A DNA stretch of 64,000 nucleotides from Ginglymostoma cirratum (Eukaryota), in NCBI GenBank assembly GCA_024137785.1, contig JAHRHZ010000263.1:13408438-13472437 (forward strand). Direction: 5' to 3'. Under the pieces are notes generated by a model that saw nothing but the letters and a program-made list of their open reading frames with translations, had not been told where the DNA came from and ran no database searches. The position numbers were made by a program, and so were the translations under genes. This document shows, one piece after another, positions 25,110-37,621 of the stretch; the first letter of the stretch is position 1, and the number at the start of each line of letters is the position of its first letter.

Positions 25110-27095
25110 TTATTTTTTATTCTTCCATGGGACAAAGACATTATTGACCAAGCCTTGCATTTATTGCCCATTCTAATTGACCTAAAGAAGGTGGTGATGA
25201 GCTGCATTCTTGAACCTCTGCAGCTCTTAGGGTGTAGGTAGACTTTCAGTGTTGTTAAAGCATTTGGTCCTGACAACACAGATGGAAAAATGACATAGAG
25301 TCATAGAGCTGTACAGCACAGAAACAGGCCCTTCGATCCAACTTGTCCATGCCGACCAGATATCCTAAATTAATCCAGTCCCATTTGCCAGCATTTGGTC
25401 CATTTCCCTCTAAACACTTCCTACTCATCTACCATCCAGGTGCCTTTTAAATGTTGTAATTGTACCAGCCTCTATCACTTCTTCTGGCAGCTCATTCCAT
25501 ACAAGCACTGCCCTGTGCATGAAAAAGTTGCCTTTTAGGTCCCTTTTAAATCTTTCCACTCTCACTTTAAACATACCCCGGAGTGGGGGTTGGTGGGGGA
25601 AGATCTCGGCAATATACTCTATCAATGTCCCTCATGATTTTATAAACCTCTACAAGGTCACCCCTTAGCCTCCGATATTCCAGGGAAAATAGCCCCAGCC
25701 TATTCAGCCTCTCCCTATAACATAGCTCAGAAAGGGTGAACGCTGGGAAGTTGTTTCCGTTAGGTGGGGATACTAGGACCCGTGGGCACAGCCTTAGAAT
25801 TAGAGGGGGTCGATTTAGAACTGAAATGAGGAGACATTTCTTCAGCCAGAGAGTGGTGGGCCTGTGGAATTCATTGCCACGGAGCGCGGTGGAGGCCGGG
25901 ATGATAAATGTCTTCAAGGCAGAGATTGATAAATTCTTGATCTCGCAAGGAATCAAGGGCTACGGGAAGAGTGCGGGTAAGTGGAGTTGAAATGCCCATC
26001 GGCCATGATTAAATGGCGGAGTGGACTCGATGGGCCGAATGGCCTTACTTCCACCCCTATGTCTTATGGTCTTATGGTCTTCTAACACAAACCCTCCAAC
26101 TGTGGCAACAGCTTTGTAAATATTTCCTGAATCCTTTCAAGTATCACAAGATCTTTCTGATAGGACAGAGACCAAAATTGCGTGCAGTATTTCAAAAGTG
26201 GGCTAACCAATGTCCCATACAGCTGCATCATGATTTCCTAATTCCTATTCTCAACACACTGACCAATAGAGGCAAACATACCAAGTGCCTTCTTCACTAT
26301 CCGTTCTACCTATGACTTCACTTTCAAAGAACTATATCCTGCAGTTCAAGGTCTCTGTGTTCAGCGACACTCCCCAGTGCTACCATTAACTGGATAAGTC
26401 CTGCCCTGATTTGCTTTTCCAAAATGCAGCACCTCACATTTTTCTAAATTATCTGCCACTCCTCAGCCAATTGGCCCCTCTGATCAAGATTCTATTGTAC
26501 TCTGAGGTAACTGTCGCTGTTCACTACACCTCCAATTTAGGTGTCATCTGCAAACTTACTAACTATGGCTCCTATGTTCACATCCAAATCATTTAAACAA
26601 ATGAAGAAAAGCAGTGGACCCAGCAGCGAACCTTGTAGCACACCATAGAACACAGGCTTCCGGTCTGAAAAGCAAGCCTCTGCTACCACCCTTCTTCTGT
26701 TTTCTTACCTCCAAGCCAGTTCTGTATCCAAATGGCTAGTTGTCCCTCTGTTCATTGTGATCTAATCTTACTAATCAATCTACCATGAGGAACCTGGCCG
26801 AACACCTTACTGAAGTCCATATAGATCATATCAACTGCTCTGAATTCATCAATCCTCTTATTTACTTCTTCAAAAAACTCAACCAAGTTAGTAGTTCCAA
26901 GTCAGGATGGTGCTTGGACAGGAGGTGGTGATGTTCCCATATATCTGTTGCCCTCATGCGTCCAAAGGTAAATATCACGGGTTTGGAAGATGCTATTTAA
27001 GGAGCCTATTTTCTATATTTCAACAGATCCAGGTAATGCTGAAGTCGATGCTGTGTGGGCCTGATAGAACCCAAACTGGCCATCAGTAATTATAT
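25110..27095 (-). mobile_element. Family B LINE 3' end (25110-25292, 26893-27095) interrupted by a HER1-type CR1 (25293-26892)
   Basis: Family B sequence (compare 40150-40440) resumes at ttccaagtcaggatgg after the insert; the insert carries RT motifs and a ctatgactctatg tail. Confidence 0.85.
25726..26078 (+). mobile_element. Young CR1 3' fragment nested antisense in an older CR1
   Basis: Clean ORF 25736..25990 (TRTRGHSLRIRG..FFSQRVVGLWNSLP); (cttatggt)n tail. Confidence 0.9.
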
Positions 27096-27969
27096 TTAAT
27101 CTGTAGGAGCTAAAGGGGGAGAAAGACCAATTGGAGCAGCAAAAAGCTCTCAAGTACGAAGCTAATCTGTGATTGAAATTTTCTCTGTTTCTATGATAGC
27201 AGCTCAGAGTCTAATTAAAATGATGTGGTGAGATATGTCTTAATTAGTTGGCCCTTAACGTGGTCTATGATATGAGGGCAATCAATGGAATGTGGTACCA
27301 GTTGACATTCTGGCTGCATAGTGTTCGATTATAATGTAGAAATTAAATGTATATCCTAGCTTGGTTGTAAATCAGTTGTACTGAATGTGTTGGAAGGTTT
27401 TTGAAGGGGTCTGAAAGATAAACAGGAAAAGTGGGGAAGGTTGAATTACTCTAAAGGGTGGTAGTGTTTCTCTATCATGCATCAAAATGTGTCAGGTACA
27501 ATTAGTTATTTTGGAAGGCAATTGCTTATCTTATGGAAAGAAGCCAGAGGCAAATGTGACACAAAGTGAGATTCCATTAAAAAATGGAATAAGTGACCAG
27601 TGGATAAATGAATGCAGTCAGCGTGATTGCTTCTGGGAGTTAGGATTGGCATTGAGTACATTCGAGGAGATAGGAGGCAGAATCTTGCTTTTTTTCAAGA
27701 ATGCATGTTGAGACAAGCCTAAAAGGGGGTGTATTTCCATTCAGGGGTGGGTTGTATTTTCTTGTGTATTTCAGTCTTCTCAGCTCATTTCTTACGCATG
27801 CGTGGATAAAATGTTAAATTATATGGGCAGATGGTAGGATGTTGCGGACCTCAGCAGGAGCTTTCAGGCACCATAACTAAAAAGCACCCAGTCAGCACTT
27901 CAGACACTCTGGAGCCCAGGGGTGTGAGGAAGCTGTGTTCATCACCACACCTACCTACCCCTATTAGAG

Positions 27970-28130
27970 GCCAGGCTAAAAGCTGCACTACACTTTACTG
28001 AAACCTCCCTAGAGGCTCTCATGAAAGCTATATGGAGAGAAAGGAAGTTTTTGTTTTCACTGGAGATGGCAACAAAACAGATGAAAACAACCTGGACTAA
28101 GACTCCAACTGCAGAGGATTGTCAAACGAG
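27970..28130 (+). mobile_element. Harbinger transposon Myb/SANT-like ORF remnant
   Basis: Translation KAALHFTETSLEALMKAIWRERKFLF..KTTWTK resembles the start of Harbinger DNA-binding proteins. Confidence 0.45.
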
Positions 28131-28467
28131 ATTGAGTACCAATGTTTGGGCTTTGTGAATGCATGATGGAACTGCATTACTTGTGAGCTGACCAGTCTGG
28201 CAAACATCTTTAGGGTTTTTTTTGTGTGTGTACAAGAGTGTGTTTTGATTATTTTGAAATAAAAATGTTGTTAACTCATGATTATTGTCTTGTGTCAGTT
28301 TAAATACTATGGTGTCTACGAAGCTATTGGTTTCTTCTTAAGATGTGCTTTTAAGTTTAATGTGGAGTTTATCATTATTGAGGATATCAATGAACTACTC
28401 TAATTTTCTTGCTGGTTCAGTCCAAATATCCCATATGTCAACATAACTATAACATAACAGCAACTAC

Positions 28468-28750
28468 GGGGTGGCATGGTGGCTAATGGTTAGCACTGCT
28501 GCCTCACAGCGCCAGGGACCTGGGTTTGATTCCAGCCTCGCGCGACTGTTTGTGTGGAGTTTGCACATTCTCCCCATGTCTGCGTGGGTTTCCTCCAGGT
28601 GCTCAGGTTTCTGCTAAGGTAAGTTGCCCGTAGTGTTCAGGGATGCCTTGATTGCGAGGATGGGCCTGGGTGGGATTCTCTGAGGGTTGGTGTGGACTTG
28701 TTGGGGCAAAAGGCCTGTTTCCACATTGTAGGGAATCTATGAAATTCTAT
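28468..28750 (+). mobile_element. HE1-type SINE with internal deletions
   Basis: Head ggtggcatggtggctaatggttagcactgctgcctcacagcgcc; tail ggcctgtttccacattgtagggaatcta. Confidence 0.9.
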
Positions 28751-30788
28751 AAACACAGAAGATATTGTTACTATATGTCAATAAGTGAGAATATAAAAGG
28801 CACCCCAAAAGTCAGAAATAAAAGTGAGGCCCTTTATTGAGCCAATTTAAGAGAAAGATGGTAGCTGTTAGCTGTTTTCAAGTTGTTCACCCTTTACTGA
28901 CCCTGCTAGAATACAAGTTGCCATCCCATAACTGTAAATCACCTTCTCCTTTTTTCTTGCATGCTCTCTGTTCTTCTTCGGCTTTCCCCAGTAGACCATT
29001 GACTATTGATTTTCCTATCTGCCCTCAATCCCATTCCCCTTCAGACCTTTACACGTTACAGCCTTATGGCATTCCTTATTCAATCATCTGTTATTGCTCC
29101 TTCCACACCTTATTATCCCATTGTGTTCCCCACCCTAAATATGCAGATCACACCCCTCCTTTTTCCTACCACCATGATTATTCCCTCTGCATCCCAGTTC
29201 CCTCAGTCCATTCCTAACAACCCTTCCACTTCCCCAACCAACCTCATCCTTTATGTTCCATTCTCCCTATCTAACCTATCTTTCCCTAAACCCTTTTTGA
29301 GTTCAGCCTTGCTTGCTTTCCCCAGTGAGGTTTGCTAGAATTAGCCAGCTGAACATTACTTTGAACAACAACAAAGAAAACTGCATATAGCTGAGACTTC
29401 TCATGATTTGGTTGCCCTGGTTTGGTTTCATCCCTCAAACTGTAAGCATTCATGCAAAACGAAGTACACTAGTTATGAAACAGCCAAGAACTGAAGAAGT
29501 TTGTACTCAACACAGCTTGGAGGCAGAAGTCTACCCAACCAAATACATGTCTCATAAGTATATTTTGGCCTGTGAATATGAGTTTCCCATTTTTGCCTGA
29601 CAAAATTGTGCCTGTTAACACAATTCTAGCAGACTAATGTGTTAATGAGTATTGTCATCATGCTAATGAATGAAAAAGAGGTTCCTGTCCATCTAAGTCA
29701 GGAAAGATAACATGCCTGAAAAGTTCTGAAAATCTTAATACTAAAACTTTAAACCGCAGTTGAGAAAATGATTTTGTTGCTTCCTGGTCAATTAATTGCC
29801 TTACCTATGCTCTCCCATCTTGGACTACTTTAAAAGCTTTGAAAGGGCCTGGAAGATTCCACCTAGACCATCATTCTGTCAAAGAGATGGAGGGAGTGAA
29901 TGTGTTTTCTTGTAGAACTGTCTTTTCCTAGATATTATGTTAGATTATGGGTTTTCACAAGATTTGGGGACACATTGCTAAATGCTGAGATCTACTTTGC
30001 TAGTAGAGATATGACCGTTCTAAAAATATAACATTGTAATAGCATGCAAGCAACAATTCTGGAAAGAAGGAATTGAAATTTTGCATTTTTTTGAATGTGG
30101 AAAGTGTGGACTTCAAATAAAATGCATCCCTAGAATCCCCAAGGAGACAATCAAAGCTTTTGGGCCATATAGTCAATCAGGGCATTGAATGGTCAACCAA
30201 ACAGGGCAATGAAATACTGTCTTATGTCAAACGAACATGGGAAAGGAAAGTTCACTGACAGACATTGTCCCACTGAAGTACTCCATGTACTATTTCAGAC
30301 ACACTATCCTTGTGGGTGACTTAAATGGGCTTGGCAGAGTGAAGATACAGGTGAATCTTATACATTTCTTGAGTTTCTATTTCTCTCTCGTATGGTTTCC
30401 TTTGATTTGTTGAAATAGTTTTAGCACTGTTCAGGGTATATTCATACATAATGGCTCTGAATTACCAATGGATCATTTCTCTTTTGTTTGTCTCCTTCTC
30501 TCAGTGTTTTTACTTCTCTTCTTTGATTATTAATGACAAATATCATTGCCTCATATGTGTGATGTACATGGGTTGTCCTTAGTAACTATATTATAGATGT
30601 TTTATGAAACCTATTTATCAATTATTTGTCACTTAACGTGCTCCTATGTAAACTATTTCATTACAAAATCAAAACTTAGTTCCTTCTCGGTGTTGTTTGT
30701 CCTTGTGACAGGCCTTCATGACTTTGTCTTCTCCCTTTCGATGGTGAGGAGTCAGAGTGAATGTGTGGGAGTGAGTGTGAACCCTGGA

Positions 30789-30820
30789 ACACACACACAT
30801 TCGCACGCGCGCACACACAT
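30789..30820. repeat. (CA)/(CG) alternating microsatellite
   Basis: acacacacacattcgcacgcgcgcacacacat. Confidence 0.7.
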
Positions 30821-31179
30821 TTAGAGCCAAGTTTCTCTCTCTTTCTGTATCATTTCTTCTTTAGCAGAAAGGCAAAAACAAGATTTTATTAGTTAGCTCT
30901 GCTACTTAGCACCTTCTATGGCTATTTTTATTCTTATTATGTAAAATGATTAATTTATTGCTGTGACATTGATTTCTTTTTGCTCAATAAGTTGTTCTTT
31001 TCTCCTCAAAAAAATAGTAATTATGTTTAATGTGGTGCTAAACCAGGTCTCAGGCAGTTTCAGCTGGGTTTCTTACTGAAAAGGAATAAAAGGCTCAGCA
31101 AGAAGTCTGAGTGTTTTTTGAAATGTTGGAAAAAGGCATTATATATCAAAGGGGATGTGTTGGATATACTCAATATACC

Positions 31180-31345
31180 TGGTGGCATCTGTACAGAGAA
31201 AAACAGAGCTCAGCTGCCTTTCATCAGAACTATTGAACATTGTGTACATAAAGTGTTCACTCAGTTTCTCTCACAGTTACTGCCTGGCCTACTAAGCATT
31301 TCAGTATTGCCTTCTAATATTTCAGATTTCCAGCATCAAAAGGAC
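31180..31345. mobile_element. Decayed Penelope-derived hairpin element (family C)
   Basis: ggcatctgtacagagaaaaacagag...ttcatcag on the left; tttctctcacag...ttcagatttccagcatc on the right. Confidence 0.55.
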
Positions 31346-31514
31346 TTTGTTCTATTGTCACATGCTCCATTCTGGGCATCTGTAGGCTCAGTTAATTTCA
31401 ACTTAACATGAGAAAATATTATCACTGACTGCAAAGTGCAGTATCTCCGTTAACAGAAGTCTTTTGGATTTGACCATCCAGATTTGCATAGAATTGGATA
31501 GCAATTTCCACAAA

Positions 31515-31940
31515 CAGTGGATGAATGATTTATTGTCACATATATCTTGGGAAATACAGTGGAAGGTGTTCTGTCGCCAGAAAAAGGCACCATTTTGAGG
31601 TAGAAAAGAACAAAAAGAAATAACTTAATAGAGTTTGTCTTGATCAGCCGAGATCCCAAATACACCTCCAGGACTTTTGCAAGGTCCGCGGTCTGGGCTT
31701 TCTGCCACCAGGGCTCCCCACTCCTTCATCACTGCAATCCATGACGCCAATTCCAGGAATCCACACAATGGGGCTAGGAAGCCAGAAGTCCTCACTCCAG
31801 TCGCCGCCGACATCGTTTCAGCCTCCCTGCACAGCAGGAAGATGAAGAAAAGCAAAAAGAAAGGAAAGGGAGAGAGAAAAAAATGGATATGGCCAGCCTT
31901 GAGCAGATGGGCCTACCGTGCCAGTGCCACCATCTTAAAC
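31515..31940 (-). mobile_element. Non-autonomous retroelement related to 13932-14402
   Basis: Minus strand starts aagatggtggcactgg and ends ccttccactgtattt...gtgacaataaatcattca. Confidence 0.6.
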
Positions 31941-33274
31941 AGCTGGGCCAGCTCTCACCTCTGCACTGCATGGCTCTCTCTCCAGCTGTCACCACATGCT
32001 GTAAAGTCGTCGATAAGGTATATCATACTGAAACCTGAGCTTTCAATTAGCTTTATGAATAGAAGAAAAGCGTATGATTCCAAAAATCCTAAGCCCATGT
32101 AAAACAGTTCAACTCCACTTTAACTATAGTTCCTGATCCTTGCCACAGGCAGCACATGGGTTCATTGGGGTGGGGATGGGGAGGATTTATTCCAAGATCT
32201 GGAAACAAGTGAAGCACCAGGATATTGATTTCTCTCCCTGGATCTGGCTACAACTTTGGACTACACACATGCTAAACAGTGGTTATCATGGCTGGATGGA
32301 AGTTATGCCACAACAGCATTTACTGCCAACTCTCCTTGCAGTGTTAACTTCATGCTTGGGACTATATTATCTACCTACCCAAATTCAACTTGTGTCAACT
32401 TTTTCTGAAGTCATGCTCACTTGATCTCTGTTGGGAGTCATTGCTGCTTTGGTTACACTAAGGGTGAGGGATTCATAATGTCTCAGGCCTCATGTTGAAC
32501 TCACCATGTTGGCTTGCCTCTTGCCCCACATCCCACCTGCAATCTGCCCAAAGTTAAAAAAAAACAAATCTGACTGTAACATTGTGTCCAGAAAGGAGAA
32601 ATACGATTGACAAAATCTACACACTTTATTGCTTCACACATCCTTAACTGCAACTTATGTTAAAAAGAGCTCTCAAATAACTAGTCTGTCGTTCATAAAT
32701 ACCGAGGGCAACTGTATAATTTTGAATAAATTACATTATGCAGGGCTCAGTCAATCAGGCTTTCCAAAGGTAATGGGCTGAAACAGAAACTCACTGCGAT
32801 ATAAGAGCTATTTCAGAGTGAGTTAAATCTATTTCTCCTCCTAAATGAACATCCCAGACATGGATCCCAGATAATTAATTATTCAGATGTAATTAAATCA
32901 TCGATAACTCCAGCATATTCAGCACAAACTCTGATATTCAGTGAAAGGCTGAAACTCACTTCAACTACCTACAACATTTCAATATAGGACATCAATCAAA
33001 ATGATGTCTACTGTAATAACATTCTAATCAGAGTTCATGAGGTTATATATATCTAACTAGTTCCCATGGTAATGGGCATCCCAGGAACATCAAATCATAC
33101 TTCTTTCAGTCTTTGAACAATAAGTTTCATCTATCTCTAACTATATCAATATTGCTTTAAAGAAACTAAATAAACATCATTAACCAGAATAATATATAAT
33201 TTAGAACTCATGAGGTTATCAGATACTCATTAAATGATAAATTAGAAGAAAAACAATTCAGGGAGATGACAGAG

Positions 33275-33962
33275 CTAGATGTACAGCAGGCAGTGAAGAA
33301 AGCTAATGGCATGCTGGCCTTCATAACAAGAGGAATTGAGTATAGGAGCAAAGAGGTCCTTCTGCAGCTGTACAGGGCCCTGGTGAGACCGCACCTGGAG
33401 TATTGTGTGCAGTTTTGGCCTCCAAATTTGAGGAAGGACATTCTTGCTATTGAGGGAGTGCAGCGTAGGTTCACGAGGTTAATTCCCAGAATGGCGGGAC
33501 TATCATATGTTGAAAGATTGGAGCAACTGGGCTTGTATACGCTTGAGTTTAGAAGGATGAGAGGGGATCTGATTGAGACGTATAAGATTATTAAGGGATT
33601 GGACACTCTGGAGGCAGGGAGCATGTTTCCGCTGATGGGGGAGTCCAGAACCAGAAGACACAGTTTAAAAATACGGGGTAGGCCATTTAGAACAGAGTTG
33701 GGGAAAAACTTCTTCACCCAGAGAGTGGTGGATATATGGAATGCTCTGCCTCAGAAGGCAGTGGAGGCCAAGTCTCTGGATACTTTCAAGAAAGAGATGC
33801 ATAGAGCTCTTATAGATAGTGGAATCAAGGGTTATGGGGATAAGGCATGAACAGGATGCTGATTGTGGATGATCAGCCGTGATTATAATGAATGGTGGTG
33901 CTGGCTCGAAGTGCCAAATGGCCTACTCCTGCACCAATTGCCTATTGTCTATTGTCTATTGA
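33275..33962 (+). mobile_element. Young CR1 LINE 3' fragment
   Basis: Uninterrupted 194-aa ORF 33266..33850 (KKANGMLAFI..LVRPHLEYCVQFW..RRMRGDLIETYKI); (ctattgt)n tail. Confidence 0.95.
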
Positions 33963-34464
33963 CTTCCCACTTATTTTAGTTCAGCGGCAACCAGTACCTC
34001 AGACAGCATTGATTTACTCTTCAGGAGTCACACCAAACCTGTTTTTTTTCCATTCTTTGCTTTAGCAAACCCCTCACACCAGTTACTCATTGGAAATTTA
34101 CATCTTAATTGTACACTCTGCTATGTTTCATTAAAGTTACAGACAGTCCCATGGGTTATAAACCAGATTTATAATTCAGCTGCAGAAACACAAGATGTGG
34201 AAATTAAAGATGGCTTTTGAGTGATTTAAGCACTTGCAATAATCCACTTAAGCCACAATCTATGTAGCTCGTACACACTGAAATTGCTAAGTATTTTGTC
34301 TTATATTATTTAGAAAATTGTTCATTAATCTCACTGCTTCGCCTTGTTGATTTTCTATAAATGACATTACTGAAGCATTTATTGAGATCATGGTGATACC
34401 TGAGCAACTCTGCTGTTTATTCAACGTAGTTAATGTGTTCTGATTGACAACAACAATACTAGTA

Positions 34465-34890
34465 ATAACTTGGTATGTATAATGCCTTTAACATAGAAAA
34501 ATGCCTCGGCATTCTGCAAAATTACAGGAAGAAAGAAGAAAGGGAAGTGGAAGAAAAAAATTATGAGCAGTCTTCACAGTCTGTCAGCCAAAGGAATAAT
34601 TTTGAAATCTAGTCAGTGTTGTGTTCTAGGAAAAATCCAAAACCAAGTTTAAAATTGATAAGTACCATATAATCCTGTTTTAACAATGTTGGCTAAGGAA
34701 TAAATGTTGATCAGGATGCTGGGAGAACTTCAATGTTCTTGTCGTAAAGTAGCACAGAATTCTGTAAGTTTACTTGCCAGGTGGGGTTCAAGTTAAAATC
34801 TTTTTTGAAAGCTGGCACCTCTCTGGAGTAGGGTTCAAGCCTACAAACCTTAACTCAGATACCACCGCCCACTGAGTCATGGCTGGCACT
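34465..34890 (-). mobile_element. Decayed DeuSINE
   Basis: Reverse-complement similarity to 9340-9790 (tRNA-like head near 34880, Deu core near 34690-34820). Confidence 0.5.
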
Positions 34891-34919
34891 TCATCATCAG
34901 TAATTTTATTCCAGGAGAT

Positions 34920-36268
34920 CACTAGGAGCTGTCTTATGGCAAGGATCTTATGGCAAATTATTGACGTGGTTAGGAAATCGATTGATTGGCAGGGAACAGA
35001 GAGTTGGAATAATGGACTAAGTACTCAAATTAACAGGACGTGGCTAGTGGTGTCCTGCATTGATCTGTGTTGGGGCCTCAGTTAATCATAATATTCATTA
35101 CTGATCTGAATATTAGTAGAAAAAGTCGAATATCCAAATTTTCTGGTGACACAAGATCGGGTAGCATTGTAGACAGTACTAATTACAGCATAAAATTACA
35201 ACAGAATATTGATAGATTAGGTAAATATGTAAAGCTGTGGCAGATGGATTTTAATGTAAGCAAGTGTGAGGTTATCCATTTCGGACTGAGAAAGGATAGA
35301 TCAGTGTATTTTCTAGAAGGCACAAAAGTTAAATACTGTGGATGTCCAACAAGGTTTGGGGGTTCAGTTGCATAGGTCTCTAAAATGCCACAAACAGGCA
35401 CAGAAAATAGTCAAAGGAAGCTAATGGAATGCTGGCCTTCATGTCTAAGTGGCTGGAAATGGGGACACATGCATTATGATGCAGCGAAACAAAAATTGAG
35501 TTAGACCTCTTCAAATACCATGAGCAGATCTGGACACCACACCTTGGGAAGGATGGTTTGGACCTGGGGGTAGTTCAACACAAGTTTACAACGATGATAC
35601 CTGGACTTAAAGAGTTAGGATATGAGGCGACGTTAGACAAATTAGGCCTTTATTCTCCAGAACTTAGAAAGTTAAGGGGTGATCTAATTGAGGTCTTCAG
35701 GATATTAACAGGGAAAGGCAGGGTAGTTAAACTATTTCCTGATTGTCAAGTCAGAAGGCATAGTCTGAGAATTAGTGCCTGACCACTCAGGGGAGATGTT
35801 AAAAAGCACCCCTATACACAGGGAGTTTTGGAGGTTTGGAAGTTTCTTCCTCAAATAGTGATCAATGCTAATTCAATTGTTAAATTTAAAATCTAAGACA
35901 GACAAATTTTTGTTATGATGTGGAGGTGTCGGTGTGGGGCTGGGGTGGACAAAGTCAGAATTCATGGGACACCAGGTTATAGTCCAACAGGTTTATTTGA
36001 AATCACAAGCTTTCGGAGCGCTGCTCCTTGTTCAGGTGACTTTACCTGATGAAGGAACAGCACTCCAAAAGCTGGTGACTTCAAACAAAATGTTGGATTA
36101 GAACCTGGTGTCGTGTGACTTTGGAATTTTTTATTAAGCAAGGGTATCTTGGGATATGGGCCCCCAAGGCAGACAAATGGAGTTAGGCCACAGTTCAGCC
36201 ATGGTTTTATTGATTGATGGAGCTGGCTCGGAAGGCTAAAAGGCCGATTCCTGTTCCTATGTTCTTAA
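34920..36268 (+). mobile_element. Decayed CR1 LINE RT and 3' end
   Basis: ORF 35067..35375 (LGPQL..ISKFSGDT..WQMDFNVSKCEVIHFG) and ORF 35558..35782. Confidence 0.88.
35916..36122. mobile_element. Penelope-derived hairpin element (family D) inserted in a CR1
   Basis: Arms gacaccaggttatagtccaaca...tcaggtga / ttacctgatga...tgttggattagaacctggtgtc; hammerhead-like cores at 36007-36035 (-) and 36046-36075 (+). Confidence 0.85.
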
Positions 36269-36839
36269 AATTAATGATCTCCCATTGGTAAATGGCATAA
36301 TCAACTCTCTGTGAGCTCACAATTACTGGGGTATCACTCAGTCCAACTCTGCTTGGCCCTCAAACTTGAGAACTGCAGATGTGCTACAGCCTTGGCCCCA
36401 GTTATTGGGCCTTGATGTATTCCTGTGTCCTAGGTCCTGCCTGCACCCATTCCTATTACGCTCCACTTTAACTTATTCCAGAACAGGCTGGTGTACAACC
36501 ACACAAAGATGCCTAAGACTGGTGGAAGTGTGCATGACATCAAGATCCTCACCTCCTTTAAGTAGGGGGGCTATACAGCTGGGCAAAGCAGACACAGACC
36601 ATTCCTATGGCAATAGGAACACAGGAATGCGTCAGAAATCCAGCAAGAAACAGTGCACTCTGCTCTCCTCGGATGAGAAAGGTAAACTGTCACGATTCAC
36701 TGGCCGATTAAAAATATGTTTTCTGACAAAATATGGGATAGAGAAACAACAGAACACAAGATTTACATCCATTAGTTCTTCCTTCCCCCTTATGCAATCT
36801 TACATGGTTTTGTAAACCTTTAATCTATTTCAGTATTTT

Positions 36840-37125
36840 ACATTTGGAATAATGCATCTGAAGTCACATTATCTTTTCCAGTGATAGTAATAATCTTTAT
36901 TTTAAATGGTTGAAATAAAAGACTCGATATGAATTGTTTTACATTCCGAGTTTCAAACTTTTCGTTGAAATGTTATGAACAGTGTAAATTAGTCTTCCCT
37001 GGTTTCAATGTCAGACTCAGATTTTGAAATATCCAAGGGCCAACAACAATCCAAAATTCTCTTTTTCCATGATGGAGTACTTCTTCTGATGCTGGCTTAG
37101 TTTCTTACAGAAGTTTTATATTTCT
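36840..37125 (-). mobile_element. Gypsy RNase H C-terminus remnant (Gmr1-like, pol ends after RNase H)
   Basis: Minus translation FCKKLSQHQKKYSIMEKENFGLLLALGYF...SLLFQPFKIKIITITGKDNVTSDALFQM*. Confidence 0.65.
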
Positions 37126-37127
37126 TA

Positions 37128-37620
37128 TCAAAGTTTATAAAATCATGAAGGGTATAGATAGGATTAATGGTAGGTATCTTTTGCCTAGGATGAGGGACTA
37201 GGAGGCACATTTTTAAGGTGAGCAGAAAGAGATTTAAAAAAGATGTGAGGGGCAATTTTTTGCACAAGAGGGTGGTATGCATGTGGAATGAACTTTCTGA
37301 GGAAGTGGTGGATGTGGACGCAATTACAAAAGTTAAAATATGTTTGGACAGGTACATGAATAGGAAAGAGACAAAAAAAATGCAGAGGCTGGAATCTAAG
37401 GTAGACAAACGGGAGGCTGGAAGAACATAGAAAGCCGGGAAGCATCTGGAGGAAAGGAGCAGTTAACATTTCAGATATAACCCTTCTTCAGGTCAGGAAA
37501 GGTTGGCGGGAAACAGGCCAGGAGCAGGCAGTAGGACTAGTTTACTTTGGGATTATGTTCAGCATGGACTGGTTGGACCGAAGGGTCTGTTTCTGTGCTG
37601 TATGATTGTAAGACTCTGTA
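37128..37620 (+). mobile_element. HER1-type CR1 3' end containing a Penelope-derived arm (37369-37494, minus)
   Basis: ORF 37218..37430 (RGNFLHKRVVCMWNEL); insert flanked by aggaaag (37362-37368 / 37495-37501). Confidence 0.85.
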
Positions 37621-37621
37621 A

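Noticed and set aside
28837-29338. Overlapping 126-aa and 110-aa ORFs
   Set aside because: Pyrimidine-rich low-complexity DNA that lacks stop codons by composition.
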